The notes under the pieces are model-generated. The model was not told where the DNA came from, made no database searches, and saw only the letters and a program-made list of their open reading frames with translations. Made by a program: the position numbers and the translations under genes. Positions 1 to 9,028 of a stretch of 41,686 bases of DNA are shown piece by piece. This stretch comes from Candidatus Limnocylindria bacterium (GTDB lineage: Bacteria; Chloroflexota; Limnocylindria; QHBO01): NCBI GenBank assembly GCA_038328565.1, contig JBBQMC010000002.1, forward strand, positions 1-41,686. The letters are read 5' to 3'. Numbering within the stretch: position 1 is the stretch's first letter; the number at the start of each line of letters is the position of its first letter.

Positions 1-370
1 GGAGGCGCGGCAGGTCGCGCGGGTCGTGGCTGAAGTCGGCATCCATCTGGACCACCGCCTCGGTCTCGGGTCGCTCGAGGACCCAGCGGAAGCCATGACG
101 GTAGGCGGCTCCCAGGCCCTGCTTCGCGGACCGATGGAGGACCTGCACCCGCTCGTCGCTCGCGGCGATCCGGTCGGCCAGCGCGCCGGTCCCGTCCGGC
201 GACGCGTCGTCCACGACGAGGACGTGCGCCTGCGGCAGGGCGCCGAGGATCGCCGCGGCGATCGGCTCGATGTTCTCGCGCTCGTTGTAGGTCGGCAGGA
301 CGACCCACACCCCGCGGCCCGCCGCGAGGCCGACCCTCGGCGCGCGCGCGGCCGCCGGATCCACCTCCAT
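1..370 (-). CDS. Glycosyltransferase family 2, polyprenol-phosphate mannosyl/glycosyl-transferase-like (Ppm1/DPM1 type). Only the N-terminal 123 codons are present; the gene runs off the left edge.
   Basis: Not in the ORF track because there is no stop in the window. Reverse translation from ATG 368-370 gives MEVDPAAARAPRVGLAAGRGVWVVLPTYNERENIEPIAAAILGALPQAHVLVVDDASPDGTGALADRIAASDERVQVLHRSAKQGLGAAYRHGFRWVLERPETEAVVQMDADFSHDPRDLPRL. GT2 signatures are PTYNE, VVDDxSxDGT and QMDADxSHDP. The start lies 7 nt after the stop of the upstream dehydrogenase. Confidence 0.75.
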   Translation of the reverse strand, partial: MEVDPAAARAPRVGLAAGRGVWVVLPTYNERENIEPIAAAILGALPQAHVLVVDDASPDGTGALADRIAASDERVQVLHRSAKQGLGAAYRHGFRWVLERPETEAVVQMDADFSHDPRDLPRL

Positions 371-377
371 CAGCGCC

Positions 378-1652
378 CTAGCGACCGATGCCCAGGTACG
401 CGACCCCGGCGGCATCGAACGGCGTCCGCTCGAGCGCGTTCCGCCCGTCGACGAACAACTCGAGGCCGGGCAGCGCGTCCGGCGCCAGGTCGCGGTAGAC
501 GCGGTGCGGGGCCTGGACGATCGCGACTTTCACCGTCTGCGCATCGTCGAGGTCGTACGGCTCGAAGCCACGCTCGCGAAGGTGCTCGTCGCTGAAGTAC
601 GGGTCGTGGGCGTAGACCCGCGCCCCCGCGGCGAGCAGCTCGTCGCGCAGCCGGAAGGCGGAGCTGAACGCGTCCTCGCGCACGTCGGCCCGATAGGCGA
701 TCCCCAGCACGAGCACCGGCTGGTCCTCCAGCGAGCCGACCCGTTCCTCGATCTCGTCGACGGTGAACGCGCCCATCCCCTCGTTGATCTCGCGCGCGAG
801 CGGCGGGATGCGGAGGCTCGGATCGCCATTGAACAGGAAGTGCGGGTAGACCGGGATGCAGTGCCCGCCGACGCCGACGCCGGGCTGGTGGATGTGGCTG
901 TACGGCTGCGAGTTCGCCGCGCCGATGACCTCCATCACGTCGATCCCCCGCTCGTGGGCGAAGCGGGCGAGCTCGTTGGCGTAGGCGATGTTCACGTCGC
1001 GGTACGTCGTCTCGGCGAGCTTCGTCATCTCAGCCGCCTCGGCGCTCGCGACGGGCCAGACCTCCGTCCCCTCGTCGAGGACGGACCGATAGAGCTCGGA
1101 CGCGCGCCGCGTGCTCTCCTCGCTCGTGCCGCCCACGATCTTCGGGTAGCGCTGGAGGTCGAGGAAGACGCGACCGACGAGGACACGCTCTGGAGAGAAG
1201 GCGAGGAACAGGTCGCGGTCAAGGGTCAGGCCGCTGCCGGCGGCCAGCACCGGCCCGAATCGGTCACGGGTGGTGCCGACCGGCAGCGTCGTCTCGTACA
1301 CGACGAGCGTCTCCGGCTGGAGGCCGGCGGCGATGTCGCGCGTGGCGGCGTCGATCGGCCCGAAGTCGATCTCGCGCTGCGCATCCACGACGACCGGCAC
1401 GATGACGACGACCGCCTCCGACTCGCGCACCGCGTCGGCCGTGGTCGTGGTGGCGCGCAGGTTGCCCGATGCGACGAGCTTCGGGACGCGCTCGAGGAGC
1501 GCCGGCTCGTCGTCGTGCGGGCTCTCGCCGCGGCCGATCGCCTCGACGATGCGCGCGTTGATGTCGGCGCCGATGACGGTGTGGCCGCGCCCGGCGTACT
1601 GCACCGCGAGCGGCAGGCCGATGTGGCCGAGCCCGACGACCGCGATCCTCAT
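378..1652 (-). CDS. Nucleotide-sugar 6-dehydrogenase (UDP-GlcNAc / UDP-ManNAc dehydrogenase, WbpA/WecC-like), 424 aa
   Basis: This is the C-terminal 424 aa of track ORF 378..2630. It starts MRIAVVGLGHIGLPLAVQYAGRGH (Rossmann GxGxxG). It carries the family catalytic-Cys motif GVGGHCIPVYP and the KLAETTYRDVNIAYANE block. The ATG at 1650-1652 overlaps the upstream stop (ATGA). Confidence 0.85.
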   Translation of the reverse strand: MRIAVVGLGHIGLPLAVQYAGRGHTVIGADINARIVEAIGRGESPHDDEPALLERVPKLVASGNLRATTTTADAVRESEAVVVIVPVVVDAQREIDFGPIDAATRDIAAGLQPETLVVYETTLPVGTTRDRFGPVLAAGSGLTLDRDLFLAFSPERVLVGRVFLDLQRYPKIVGGTSEESTRRASELYRSVLDEGTEVWPVASAEAAEMTKLAETTYRDVNIAYANELARFAHERGIDVMEVIGAANSQPYSHIHQPGVGVGGHCIPVYPHFLFNGDPSLRIPPLAREINEGMGAFTVDEIEERVGSLEDQPVLVLGIAYRADVREDAFSSAFRLRDELLAAGARVYAHDPYFSDEHLRERGFEPYDLDDAQTVKVAIVQAPHRVYRDLAPDALPGLELFVDGRNALERTPFDAAGVAYLGIGR

Positions 1653-2704
1653 GCCAGTGCCTCCTGGAGCGCGGAGCCGGAGATCACCGCCCCGGTCTCC
1701 CCCGCCTCGACCATCTTGCGGGCCAGCAGCAGCGCGATCATCGCGTCGCGTGGGTCGACCGGCGGCGGGCCGTTGCTGCGCACCGCACTGGCGAACTCGG
1801 CCAGCTCGACGGCGAGCGGCTCCTGCTTGCGGATCACGCGGCGCGTCATCTCGCCCTCCGCGACCGACGTGATCGGCGCGGTCACACCGTCCCCGCCGCG
1901 ATTCTCCCATGTGGTATCCGCGTCGGGGTTGGCGAAGAAGAGGAGGTCCTGGTTGATGTAGTCGGCCACGTACATGCCGCGCTCGCCGGTCACCGTCAGC
2001 CTCCGGCGCTTCTGCGGCGTCAGCCAGTTGATGTCGAGGATGCCCACGATCCCGTTGGCGAACTTGAGGATCCCGTTGAACAGGTCCTCGTGATCGGTGT
2101 GGATCCGCTGCTCGGTCTCGGCGTAGAGGCGGATCGGCTCGCTCTCGGCGAGGTAGCGCATGACGTCGAGGTCGTGCGGCGCGAGGTCGATGACAACCCC
2201 GACGTCCCGGATGCGGGCCGGGAAGGGCCCGAGGCGGGTCGCCTTGATCTGGAAGACGCGTCCCAGCTCGCGCGCCGCGAGGCGCCGCTTCAGCTCGCGG
2301 ATCGCCGGATTGAAGCGCTCGATGTGGCCGACGGTGAGGATCCGCCCGGCGCGCTCGGCAGCGTCGATCATCGCCTCCGCCTCGACACGGTCCGATGCGA
2401 TCGGCTTCTCGACCAGCACGTGGGCGCCGGCGGCGAGCGCGGCGAGGGTGACGGGCAGGTGGAGCGACGTCGGCGCCACGATGCTCACCAGGTCGAGCTG
2501 CTCCTCGGCGAACATCGTGGCCGGGTCGGGGTAGCCGCGCGCGCCGCGGCCGGTCGTCGCCCGCCGCAGTGCCTCCGGATCCGGGTCCGCGACCGCGACG
2601 AGCTCCACGCCCTCGATCACCTCGTCCCACACCCGGACGTGATTGCGGCCCATCATCCCCAGCCCCACGACCCCGGCGCGCAGCGGGCGCGCCGCATCGG
2701 TCAT
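1649..2704 (-). CDS. Gfo/Idh/MocA-family NAD-dependent sugar oxidoreductase (WbpB-like UDP-sugar 3-dehydrogenase candidate), 351 aa
   Basis: Taken from MTDAARPLRAGVVGLGMMGRNHVRVW within track ORF 1649..2833. It has the N-terminal Rossmann fold and the EKP motif (VLVEKPIA) typical of the family. Its stop overlaps the dehydrogenase start. Confidence 0.8.
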   Translation of the reverse strand: MTDAARPLRAGVVGLGMMGRNHVRVWDEVIEGVELVAVADPDPEALRRATTGRGARGYPDPATMFAEEQLDLVSIVAPTSLHLPVTLAALAAGAHVLVEKPIASDRVEAEAMIDAAERAGRILTVGHIERFNPAIRELKRRLAARELGRVFQIKATRLGPFPARIRDVGVVIDLAPHDLDVMRYLAESEPIRLYAETEQRIHTDHEDLFNGILKFANGIVGILDINWLTPQKRRRLTVTGERGMYVADYINQDLLFFANPDADTTWENRGGDGVTAPITSVAEGEMTRRVIRKQEPLAVELAEFASAVRSNGPPPVDPRDAMIALLLARKMVEAGETGAVISGSALQEALA

Positions 2705-2756
2705 GCGGTCACCTCCGCGGCGAGGTGGATCGTGTACTGCGGCCGCGCGACGGGGA

Positions 2757-3929
2757 TCACGTCGCGTACGCCTCCGTTGTGCGCGCCGGTTCCGCCGCAC
2801 CTGTGAGATGGTGCTCGCTGGTCGTGGCGGCACCCGCGGCCGGCAGCGCGCGCTCGAGGGCCACGACGATGCGACGCGCCGTCTGGCCGTCGCCGTACAG
2901 CTCCGGCCGCGGCCGGTCCCGCGCGAGGAAGGTCGGGTCGGTGAGCGCGGCGTGGACGGCGTCGGGGGCGGTGCCGACGATCCGGTTCCAGCCGGCGTCG
3001 ACGGTCTCGACCCACTCGGTCTCTGTCCGCAGCGTCACGCACGGGACGCCCGCGAGGTAGGCCTCCTTCTGGACGCCGCCGGAATCGGTCGCGATGGCGC
3101 TCGCCGCGCGCTCGAGGGCGACCATCTCCAGGAAGCCGACCGGATCGACCGCGGTCACCTCCGCAGGCATCCGGATCTCGTGGCGCTCGAGCATCGCACG
3201 GGTCCGGGGATGGACCGGGAAGATCACCGGGCGGCCGGTCTGGGCCGCGGCACTGGCGATGGCCGCGACGAGGCCCTCCAGCCGCTCCCGGTCGTCGACG
3301 TTCTCCGCCCGATGGAGCGTCACGAGGAGGAAGCCCGGCCGCTCGGCCGCAGCCGCGGGAAGATGGGATCCGGCGCGCGCTGCCGCCCACTGCCACGCAT
3401 CGACCATCACGTCGCCGACGAGCTCGGTGCGCGCGGCCAGCCCCTCGCGTTCGAGATGCTCGACCGCCGCCGCGGTCGGCGCCAGCAGGAGGTCGGCGAG
3501 GTGGTCGGCGACGATCCGGTTGCGCTCCTCGGGCATCGCGCGGTTGAACGAGCGGAGGCCGGCCTCGACGTGGGCGAGCGCCGGGCGACGACCGTCCGCG
3601 AACGCCACCTTGCCGGCGACGACCGCGGCGGCGAGGGTCGAGTTCGTGTCGCCGTAGACCAGGATCCAGTCCGGCTCGTGCTCGAGCATGACCGGCTCGA
3701 GGCGGCGCATCATCTCGCCGGTCTGCTCGCCATGGGCGCCGGATCCGACCTCGAGGTTGACGTCGGGCGCCGGGATCTCGAGGTCGCGGAAGAAGGCCGC
3801 GCTCATCTGCTCGTCGTAGTGCTGCCCGGTGTGCACGAGCAGCTCGGTGTGGCGGACGCGCAGGGCGCGGCTCACCGGCCCCGCCTTCACGAACTGCGGC
3901 CGCGCCCCGACCACGGTGAGGACCTTCAC
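2757..3929 (-). CDS. UDP-N-acetylglucosamine 2-epimerase family (non-hydrolysing; WecB/MnaA/WbpI-like), 390 aa
   Basis: VKVLTVVGARPQFVKAGPVSRAL...VHTGQHYD...GEQTGEMM...VYGDTNSTLAAA..HVEAGLRSFNRAMPEERNR are classical epimerase_2 motifs. The GTG start at 3927-3929 overlaps the stop of the upstream acetyltransferase (GTGA). Confidence 0.85.
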   Translation of the reverse strand: MKVLTVVGARPQFVKAGPVSRALRVRHTELLVHTGQHYDEQMSAAFFRDLEIPAPDVNLEVGSGAHGEQTGEMMRRLEPVMLEHEPDWILVYGDTNSTLAAAVVAGKVAFADGRRPALAHVEAGLRSFNRAMPEERNRIVADHLADLLLAPTAAAVEHLEREGLAARTELVGDVMVDAWQWAAARAGSHLPAAAAERPGFLLVTLHRAENVDDRERLEGLVAAIASAAAQTGRPVIFPVHPRTRAMLERHEIRMPAEVTAVDPVGFLEMVALERAASAIATDSGGVQKEAYLAGVPCVTLRTETEWVETVDAGWNRIVGTAPDAVHAALTDPTFLARDRPRPELYGDGQTARRIVVALERALPAAGAATTSEHHLTGAAEPARTTEAYAT

Positions 3930-4522
3930 TCGGCGGTACCCGGCGGAAACGCGTCGCCGCAGCGCGGGCACGAGCCCGCAAAGGGCAATCCTTCGACGTC
4001 ATGGAGGATATTGCCGCACGGGCAGGCGCTGCCCATTCGGCGCGCGGGGTTGCCGGCGACGAGCTCGTAGTCGGCGACGTCGCGGGTCACGACGCTGCCC
4101 GAGCCGATCATCGCCCAGCGTCCCACCGTCACGCCCGGCAGGATCGTGCTGTTCGCGCCGACCGCAGCGCCATGGCGGACAAGGATGGGTGATACCTCCC
4201 AGTCGGCATCGCTCTTCAGCGTGCCGTCGGCATTGATGGCGCGCGGCAGCCGGTCGTTCGTGAAGCACACGTGCGGACCGATGAACACGCCGTCCTCGAC
4301 GCTGACGCCGTGGTACAGGCTCACGTTGTTCTGCACCTTGCATCGGTCACCGATGACGACATCGGCGTCGACATACACGTTCTTGCCGATGATCGATCCG
4401 GCACCGATACGGGCGCGCTCACGCACCTGTGCCTGGTTCCAGATGCTTGCGCCGGGACCGATGACCGCATCGGCGGACACCTCCGCGCTGGGATGGATCC
4501 GCACGGACGGTTGGTCGGTCAT
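3926..4522 (-). CDS. Left-handed beta-helix (hexapeptide) N-acetyltransferase, WbpD/WlbB-like, 198 aa
   Basis: Hexapeptide repeats run throughout (IGPGASIW.., IGAGSIIGKNVYV, IGDRCKVQNNVSL, VGANSTILPGVTVGRWAMIGSGSVV), followed by the GNPARR motif. A Cys-rich C-terminal tail (CPCG..CPRCG) is present. Confidence 0.8.
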   Translation of the reverse strand: MTDQPSVRIHPSAEVSADAVIGPGASIWNQAQVRERARIGAGSIIGKNVYVDADVVIGDRCKVQNNVSLYHGVSVEDGVFIGPHVCFTNDRLPRAINADGTLKSDADWEVSPILVRHGAAVGANSTILPGVTVGRWAMIGSGSVVTRDVADYELVAGNPARRMGSACPCGNILHDVEGLPFAGSCPRCGDAFPPGTAE

Positions 4523-4573
4523 GCGATCTCCTTGCCGATCGCCGCCGATTCTACCCCGCCCCCGGGTCGCGGG

Positions 4574-7500
4574 TCAGAGGCCCTCGATCTGGCTCCGCAC
4601 CGATTCGCTCACCGAGCCGCTGCCGCCGACCACGACGACGGTGCTCGGGTCGAGGCGCCGGATCTCGGCGACCACGGCCGCCGGCAGCGCGTCGCGCCCG
4701 ACCAGCAGGAGCGGCCCGCCGGCGAGACCGGCGACGGGACCGGCAGCCAGTCCATCCGCGAAGCCCGCGCCGGTGGCCACGTACAGCGTGGCGACGGGTG
4801 CGGGGTAGCTGGCGGCGCTGACCGCCGCCGCGGTCGCATAGCGATCGGCCCCCGCGATGCGCGTCGCCGTCCCCGCGGTGAGCGCGTCGAGGCGCGCGAC
4901 GACCGCATCGCTGATCATCGACGCCCCACCCAGCACGACGATCCGGCGGGGAGCGAGCCGCGCGAGCTCGGTGGCGGTCGCGGGCGGGAGGATGCCGGGC
5001 TTCGTGAGCAGGATCGGGCCATGGAGGTGCGCGGCGGCGGCGCCACCGGCCAACGCGTCGGCGAACGTCCCGCCGGTCGCCACGTAGGCGACCGCGACGC
5101 CCGGCGCGAACGCGGAGGCGCTGATCTTCGCCGCGGTCGCGTAGCGATCGATGCCCGCGGTCCGCGTCACGGAGCCGGTGGTGTAGGCGCCGAGGGCGGC
5201 GAGGACCGCGTCGCTCACCACCGCCGAACCACCGAGCACGACGATCCGAGCCGGGGCGAGGCGCGCCAGCTCGGCCGCGGTCGCCGGCGGCAGCGCCGTC
5301 GCGCCGGTCAGGAGGAGCGGACCGTGACCGGCGGCCGCGGCGGGCCCGCCGCTCAACGCATCGGCGAATCCGGCGCCGGAGGCTACATACGCAACCGGCA
5401 CGCCGGGCGCGAAGCGCGAGGTTGAGAGCAGGGCGGCGGTGGCATAGCGGTCCACGCCGCCGACACGCGGGGCCGCGCGCCGGGTGCCGAACGTCCAGCT
5501 CGTGCCCGCGAACGAGTTGCCGGCCGCCTCACGGATGGTCACCGCGCTGAGCGACACCTTGACGGTCGAGCGGCCGGGCAGCGTCGCCCGTGGCCGCAGG
5601 GTCGCCGTGCGGCGCGCGGCGTCGTAGCTGACGCTCGACGACAGCACGACCCCCGCGGCGTTCCGGATGGCCATCGTGGAGGTGCTGACACCGGTCACGG
5701 GCTCGCTGAACTGGACGGTGATGGCGCTGTCGGCGTCGATCCCGGCGGCGCCCGGACCCGGGCTCCGTGTGGCGATGAGTGGGGCGACGTTGTCGACGAA
5801 GGTCGGCGTGATGGCGTACGCGGCGCGCACCCCATTCGGCAGCCAGTTCGTCACCCGGATGGAGGCCGCCGCGCCGGCCGAGAGCTGGATCGAGCCGCGC
5901 TCGATCGCGGTCGAATCGGTTGGATTGTCGATGTGCAGCACGAGGCGGCCGGTCGCATCGTAGAGCTCGACCACCGGATCGAAGGGCAGCGAGCTCTTCA
6001 CCGGCCGCGTCGTGTCGACCACGGGCGTGACGGCCACGTCGATGCGCCCGGCGCGCGGCGCGGTGACGCGAACGACGTCGACGTCGCCGGCCGGGTAGCT
6101 GTTGGGTCGCGTCGTGACTCCCACCGGAATCGCGGCCGCCCGCGACAGGACGTTGTTCGGCTCCAGCGCGTCGCCCTGGCTCTGGGTCACCGGGGTCGCC
6201 GCTCCGCCGAGCGCGCGGAGGGCATTGACGCGACCGAATCCATACCGATCGTCACGTCCGCGGTAGCCGAGGTCGTCGACGGTCGCCTCGAGGCGGTCGA
6301 CGATCGCCTGCGGCGAGTAGGTCGGGAAGCGCGCCCGCATCAGCGCCACGACACCGGCCACGTTCGGTGAGGCGAAGCTCGTCCCGCTGATGGCGGTGTA
6401 GTCGCCCCATCCGTTGCAGCGGTTGCAGTTCGTCGTCGTCACCGCTGCGCCGGGCGCCGCGACCTCCACCCAGCTGCCGTAATTCGACCAGTTCGTGAGT
6501 TCGTCGTCGGCCTGCGTCGCGGTGACGCCGATCACGTGCGCGAAGTCGGCCGGGAACGTGGGGCTGCTGCTGCGGTTGTTGCCGGCGGCGGCAACGAGGA
6601 CGGCGCCGCGCGCCCACGCGCGGGCGACCGCGGCCGGGACGAGCGGGGTGTACGGGAAGCCGGCGATGCTCATGTTGATGACCTTCGCCCCGCGCTTCAC
6701 CGCGTAGTCGATTCCCGCGGCGAGGTCCGCGGTGTCGCCGGTCCCGGTGGCGTCCATGATCTTCACCGGCAGCACCTTGTCGCGCCAGCTGATGCCGGCG
6801 ATCCCGATCCCGTTGTCGTGGGTCGCGCCGATGATCCCGGACACCCAGGTGCCGTGGACGTTGTCCTCGGTTGGGTCGTTCGTGTCGGCCACGAAATTCC
6901 AGCCGCGCCAGTCGTCGACCTTCCCGTTGCCATCGTCGTCGCGCCCGTTCGACTCCTTGCCGCTGCCCAGCTCGCCGGCGTTGTAGGCGACGATGCCCTG
7001 GAGGTCGGGATGATCGAACTGGATGCCGGTGTCGAGCACGGCGACGATCGACGAGCCGCCGCTGCTCAACGCCCACGCGTCGCGGACGCGCATGCGGTCG
7101 AGGGCGTACTGCTGGACGTTCAGCGGGTCGCTCACCGGGACGGCCGCGACGGTGCCTGGGAGCGAGGTCACGTAGACGGGCTCGGCCCAGGCGACGGCGG
7201 GATCGGCGGCGAGCTCGGCCAGCACGTCCTTCGTCGCGCGGCCGTGCGTGTCGAGGATCTCCGTCGCGGGTGCGGAGGCCGCCACGTCGCGAACCGCCGC
7301 CAGGCCCAGGGCGCGCGCGCGGCCGGGTCCCTTCGCCGAATCGGCGTAGCGGACCGCGACGCGCCCGAGTACGACCTGCGGCGCCGGGTTCCCGGACGCG
7401 CGATCGGTTGGCGGCGCGGCGAGCGCCGCCGAGGCTGCGCGCGGGGCGGTGGGTGCGGCGAGCGCGCTCGAGCCGGTGGTGAGGACGAGCAGGGCCGCGA

Positions 7501-7636
7501 GGACGAGCGTGGCGAGGCGGGACAACGGCGAGGATCGGCTCCGGGCTGCGTGCCGGTGCGCGCGACCGTGCCCTCGGCAGCACGCGGCGGCAGGATGAAG
7601 GCTATCGACTGGCCGCGGGCGCCCGTACTGGACCAT
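4574..7636 (-). CDS. Secreted subtilisin-family (S8) serine protease with propeptide, PPC-like and Ig-like domains and 3 C-terminal CWB2 cell-wall-binding modules
   Basis: Catalytic triad motifs are VAVLDTGIQFDHPDL (Asp), HGTWVSGIIGA (His) and GTSFASPNVAGVVAL (Ser). The hydrophobic signal sequence is LATLVLAALLVLTTGSSALAAP. A GDALEPNN..YPAGDVDVVRV block is PPC-like, and a VDNVAPL...TVQFSEPV block is SbsA-type Ig-like. The start is uncertain: ATG at 7636, or TTG at 7523-7525, which gives a cleaner signal peptide (MSRLATLVL...). Confidence 0.85.
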   Translation of the reverse strand: MVQYGRPRPVDSLHPAAACCRGHGRAHRHAARSRSSPLSRLATLVLAALLVLTTGSSALAAPTAPRAASAALAAPPTDRASGNPAPQVVLGRVAVRYADSAKGPGRARALGLAAVRDVAASAPATEILDTHGRATKDVLAELAADPAVAWAEPVYVTSLPGTVAAVPVSDPLNVQQYALDRMRVRDAWALSSGGSSIVAVLDTGIQFDHPDLQGIVAYNAGELGSGKESNGRDDDGNGKVDDWRGWNFVADTNDPTEDNVHGTWVSGIIGATHDNGIGIAGISWRDKVLPVKIMDATGTGDTADLAAGIDYAVKRGAKVINMSIAGFPYTPLVPAAVARAWARGAVLVAAAGNNRSSSPTFPADFAHVIGVTATQADDELTNWSNYGSWVEVAAPGAAVTTTNCNRCNGWGDYTAISGTSFASPNVAGVVALMRARFPTYSPQAIVDRLEATVDDLGYRGRDDRYGFGRVNALRALGGAATPVTQSQGDALEPNNVLSRAAAIPVGVTTRPNSYPAGDVDVVRVTAPRAGRIDVAVTPVVDTTRPVKSSLPFDPVVELYDATGRLVLHIDNPTDSTAIERGSIQLSAGAAASIRVTNWLPNGVRAAYAITPTFVDNVAPLIATRSPGPGAAGIDADSAITVQFSEPVTGVSTSTMAIRNAAGVVLSSSVSYDAARRTATLRPRATLPGRSTVKVSLSAVTIREAAGNSFAGTSWTFGTRRAAPRVGGVDRYATAALLSTSRFAPGVPVAYVASGAGFADALSGGPAAAAGHGPLLLTGATALPPATAAELARLAPARIVVLGGSAVVSDAVLAALGAYTTGSVTRTAGIDRYATAAKISASAFAPGVAVAYVATGGTFADALAGGAAAAHLHGPILLTKPGILPPATATELARLAPRRIVVLGGASMISDAVVARLDALTAGTATRIAGADRYATAAAVSAASYPAPVATLYVATGAGFADGLAAGPVAGLAGGPLLLVGRDALPAAVVAEIRRLDPSTVVVVGGSGSVSESVRSQIEGL
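4577..5467 (-). repeat. Three tandem CWB2 (cell wall binding repeat 2, PF04122-like) coding modules (101, 101 and 95 aa)
   Basis: The modules begin RVGGVDRYATAALLS, RTAGIDRYATAAKIS and RIAGADRYATAAAVS. Each continues ..VAYVATG..FADAL.GG......GP.LLT....LP.AT..EL.RL.P..IVVLGG...VS. Confidence 0.8.
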
Positions 7637-7669
7637 GGTCCGGCCCCGATGGTCCCCCGCGGTCGCAGG

Positions 7670-8260
7670 TCAGCGCGTGAGCAGCTCGACGAGGCGCGGG
7701 GTGGCCGCCTGGACGGCGCGCCCGCGATGGCTGAGGCGGTCCTTCTCGCCCTCCGGCAGCTCGGCGCTGGTCACGCCGGACGGCAGGAGGAAGACCGGGT
7801 CGTACCCGAATCCGCCCTCGCCGCGGGGCCGGGTGGCGACGATCCCCTGGATTACGCCGCTGAACAGCTCGACCCTGGGCTCCGGGTTGCCGGGGATGCC
7901 GATCGCCAGGACGCAGACCATTCGCGCCCGACGGTCCGGGTTCTCGCCGAGCGCCTCGAGCAGCCGCTCCGCCTCGTGCCCGTCGCGGCCGCCGAAGCGC
8001 GCGCTCTGGACCCCGGGTCCCCAATCGAGCGCCGCGGCCTCGATCCCCGAGTCGTCGGCGACGGTCAGCAGCCCCGAGGCGCGGAGGTAGGCATCGGCCT
8101 TGACGCGGGCGTTCTCGGCGTAGGTGTCGAACGGCTCGTCGACGTCGAGCTCGAGACCGATCTCGTCCGGGGTCACGACGCGTGCCGGCAGGTGGGCGAG
8201 GAGACGGCCGAACTCGCGCCGCTTGCCGGCATTCGTGGTCGCGAGGAGGAGCTCCCTCAC
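7670..8260 (-). CDS. rdgB: Non-canonical purine NTP pyrophosphatase (RdgB/HAM1 family)
   Basis: [17 protein letters not shown]...[10 protein letters not shown]...ADDSG...FGYDPVF...[12 protein letters not shown] are HAM1 signatures. The start overlaps the rph stop by 4 nt. Confidence 0.9.
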   Translation of the reverse strand: MRELLLATTNAGKRREFGRLLAHLPARVVTPDEIGLELDVDEPFDTYAENARVKADAYLRASGLLTVADDSGIEAAALDWGPGVQSARFGGRDGHEAERLLEALGENPDRRARMVCVLAIGIPGNPEPRVELFSGVIQGIVATRPRGEGGFGYDPVFLLPSGVTSAELPEGEKDRLSHRGRAVQAATPRLVELLTR

Positions 8261-8991
8261 TCCGCCGGGTCGGCGGCCACGGCGGCCTTCTGGAGCTCGA
8301 ACAGCTGCCGGATGCCGGCCGCGGCAAGATCGGTCATGGCGTTCATCTGCGCGCGGTCGAAGGCGCGGTGCTCGGCGGTGCCCTGGATCTCGACGAACCG
8401 ATCGTCGCTGAGCATGACCACATTGAAGTCCACGTCCGCGGTGGAGTCCTCCGCGTAGTTGAGGTCGAGATGGGCGACGCCACCGAGCATGCCGACGCTC
8501 ACCGCCGCGACCTGCGCGGTCAGGAGGTGCCCCATGCCGTACTTGTTCATCGCCCGCGCCAGCGCAACGTAGGCGCCGGTAATGCTCGCCGTCCGCGTCC
8601 CGCCGTCGGCCTGGATCACGTCGCAGTCGAGCGTGATCGTCCGCTCGCCAAGGCGGTCGAGGGCCACGACACCGCGCAGGCTGCGGCCGATGAGGCGCTG
8701 GATCTCGTGGGTGCGGCCACCGATCTGGCCACGCGCCGCTTCGCGCTGGCTGCGCTCGGTGCCGGCTCGGGGCAGCATGCTGTACTCGGCGGTGACCCAG
8801 CCAGCGCCCTTGCCGCGCATCCAGCCCGGGACGCGGTCCTCGATCGTCGCGGCGCAGATGACTCGCGTGTCGCCCACCCGGATGAGGACCGATCCCTCGG
8901 CGAACTTGATGTAGTCCGGCACGATCTTCACCGGGCGCAGCTGGTTGGGAGCGCGACCGTCGGGACGGCGCGCGGCGGCGATGCTTGTCAT
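8257..8991 (-). CDS. rph: Ribonuclease PH
   Basis: [13 protein letters not shown]...[18 protein letters not shown]...[17 protein letters not shown]...[18 protein letters not shown]...[19 protein letters not shown]. The start is taken at the [13 protein letters not shown] methionine; the track ORF extends to 9048. Confidence 0.9.
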   Translation of the reverse strand: MTSIAAARRPDGRAPNQLRPVKIVPDYIKFAEGSVLIRVGDTRVICAATIEDRVPGWMRGKGAGWVTAEYSMLPRAGTERSQREAARGQIGGRTHEIQRLIGRSLRGVVALDRLGERTITLDCDVIQADGGTRTASITGAYVALARAMNKYGMGHLLTAQVAAVSVGMLGGVAHLDLNYAEDSTADVDFNVVMLSDDRFVEIQGTAEHRAFDRAQMNAMTDLAAAGIRQLFELQKAAVAADPAE

Positions 8992-9028
8992 GAGAGGGCC
9001 GATTCTACGTGCTACCGTCGGCCGACCG

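Noticed and set aside
378-2630. 750-aa fusion ORF, and analogous N-terminal extensions (16678-18606, 21147-23270, 22961-25213, 35784-37985, 28150-30399, 26420-28279)
   Set aside because: The upstream parts are low-complexity and overlap the neighbouring real gene. Homology begins at internal starts that coincide with ATGA/GTGA junctions or canonical N-termini such as MRIAVVGLG and CGVVGI.
3926-4050. Cys-rich zinc-ribbon-like tail (CPCG...CPRCG) on the hexapeptide acetyltransferase as a novel fusion
   Set aside because: As far as I recall, many WbpD/WlbB-type acetyltransferases end with a similar short Cys/His-containing tail after the GNPA motif. It is probably a family feature. This was not verified by alignment.
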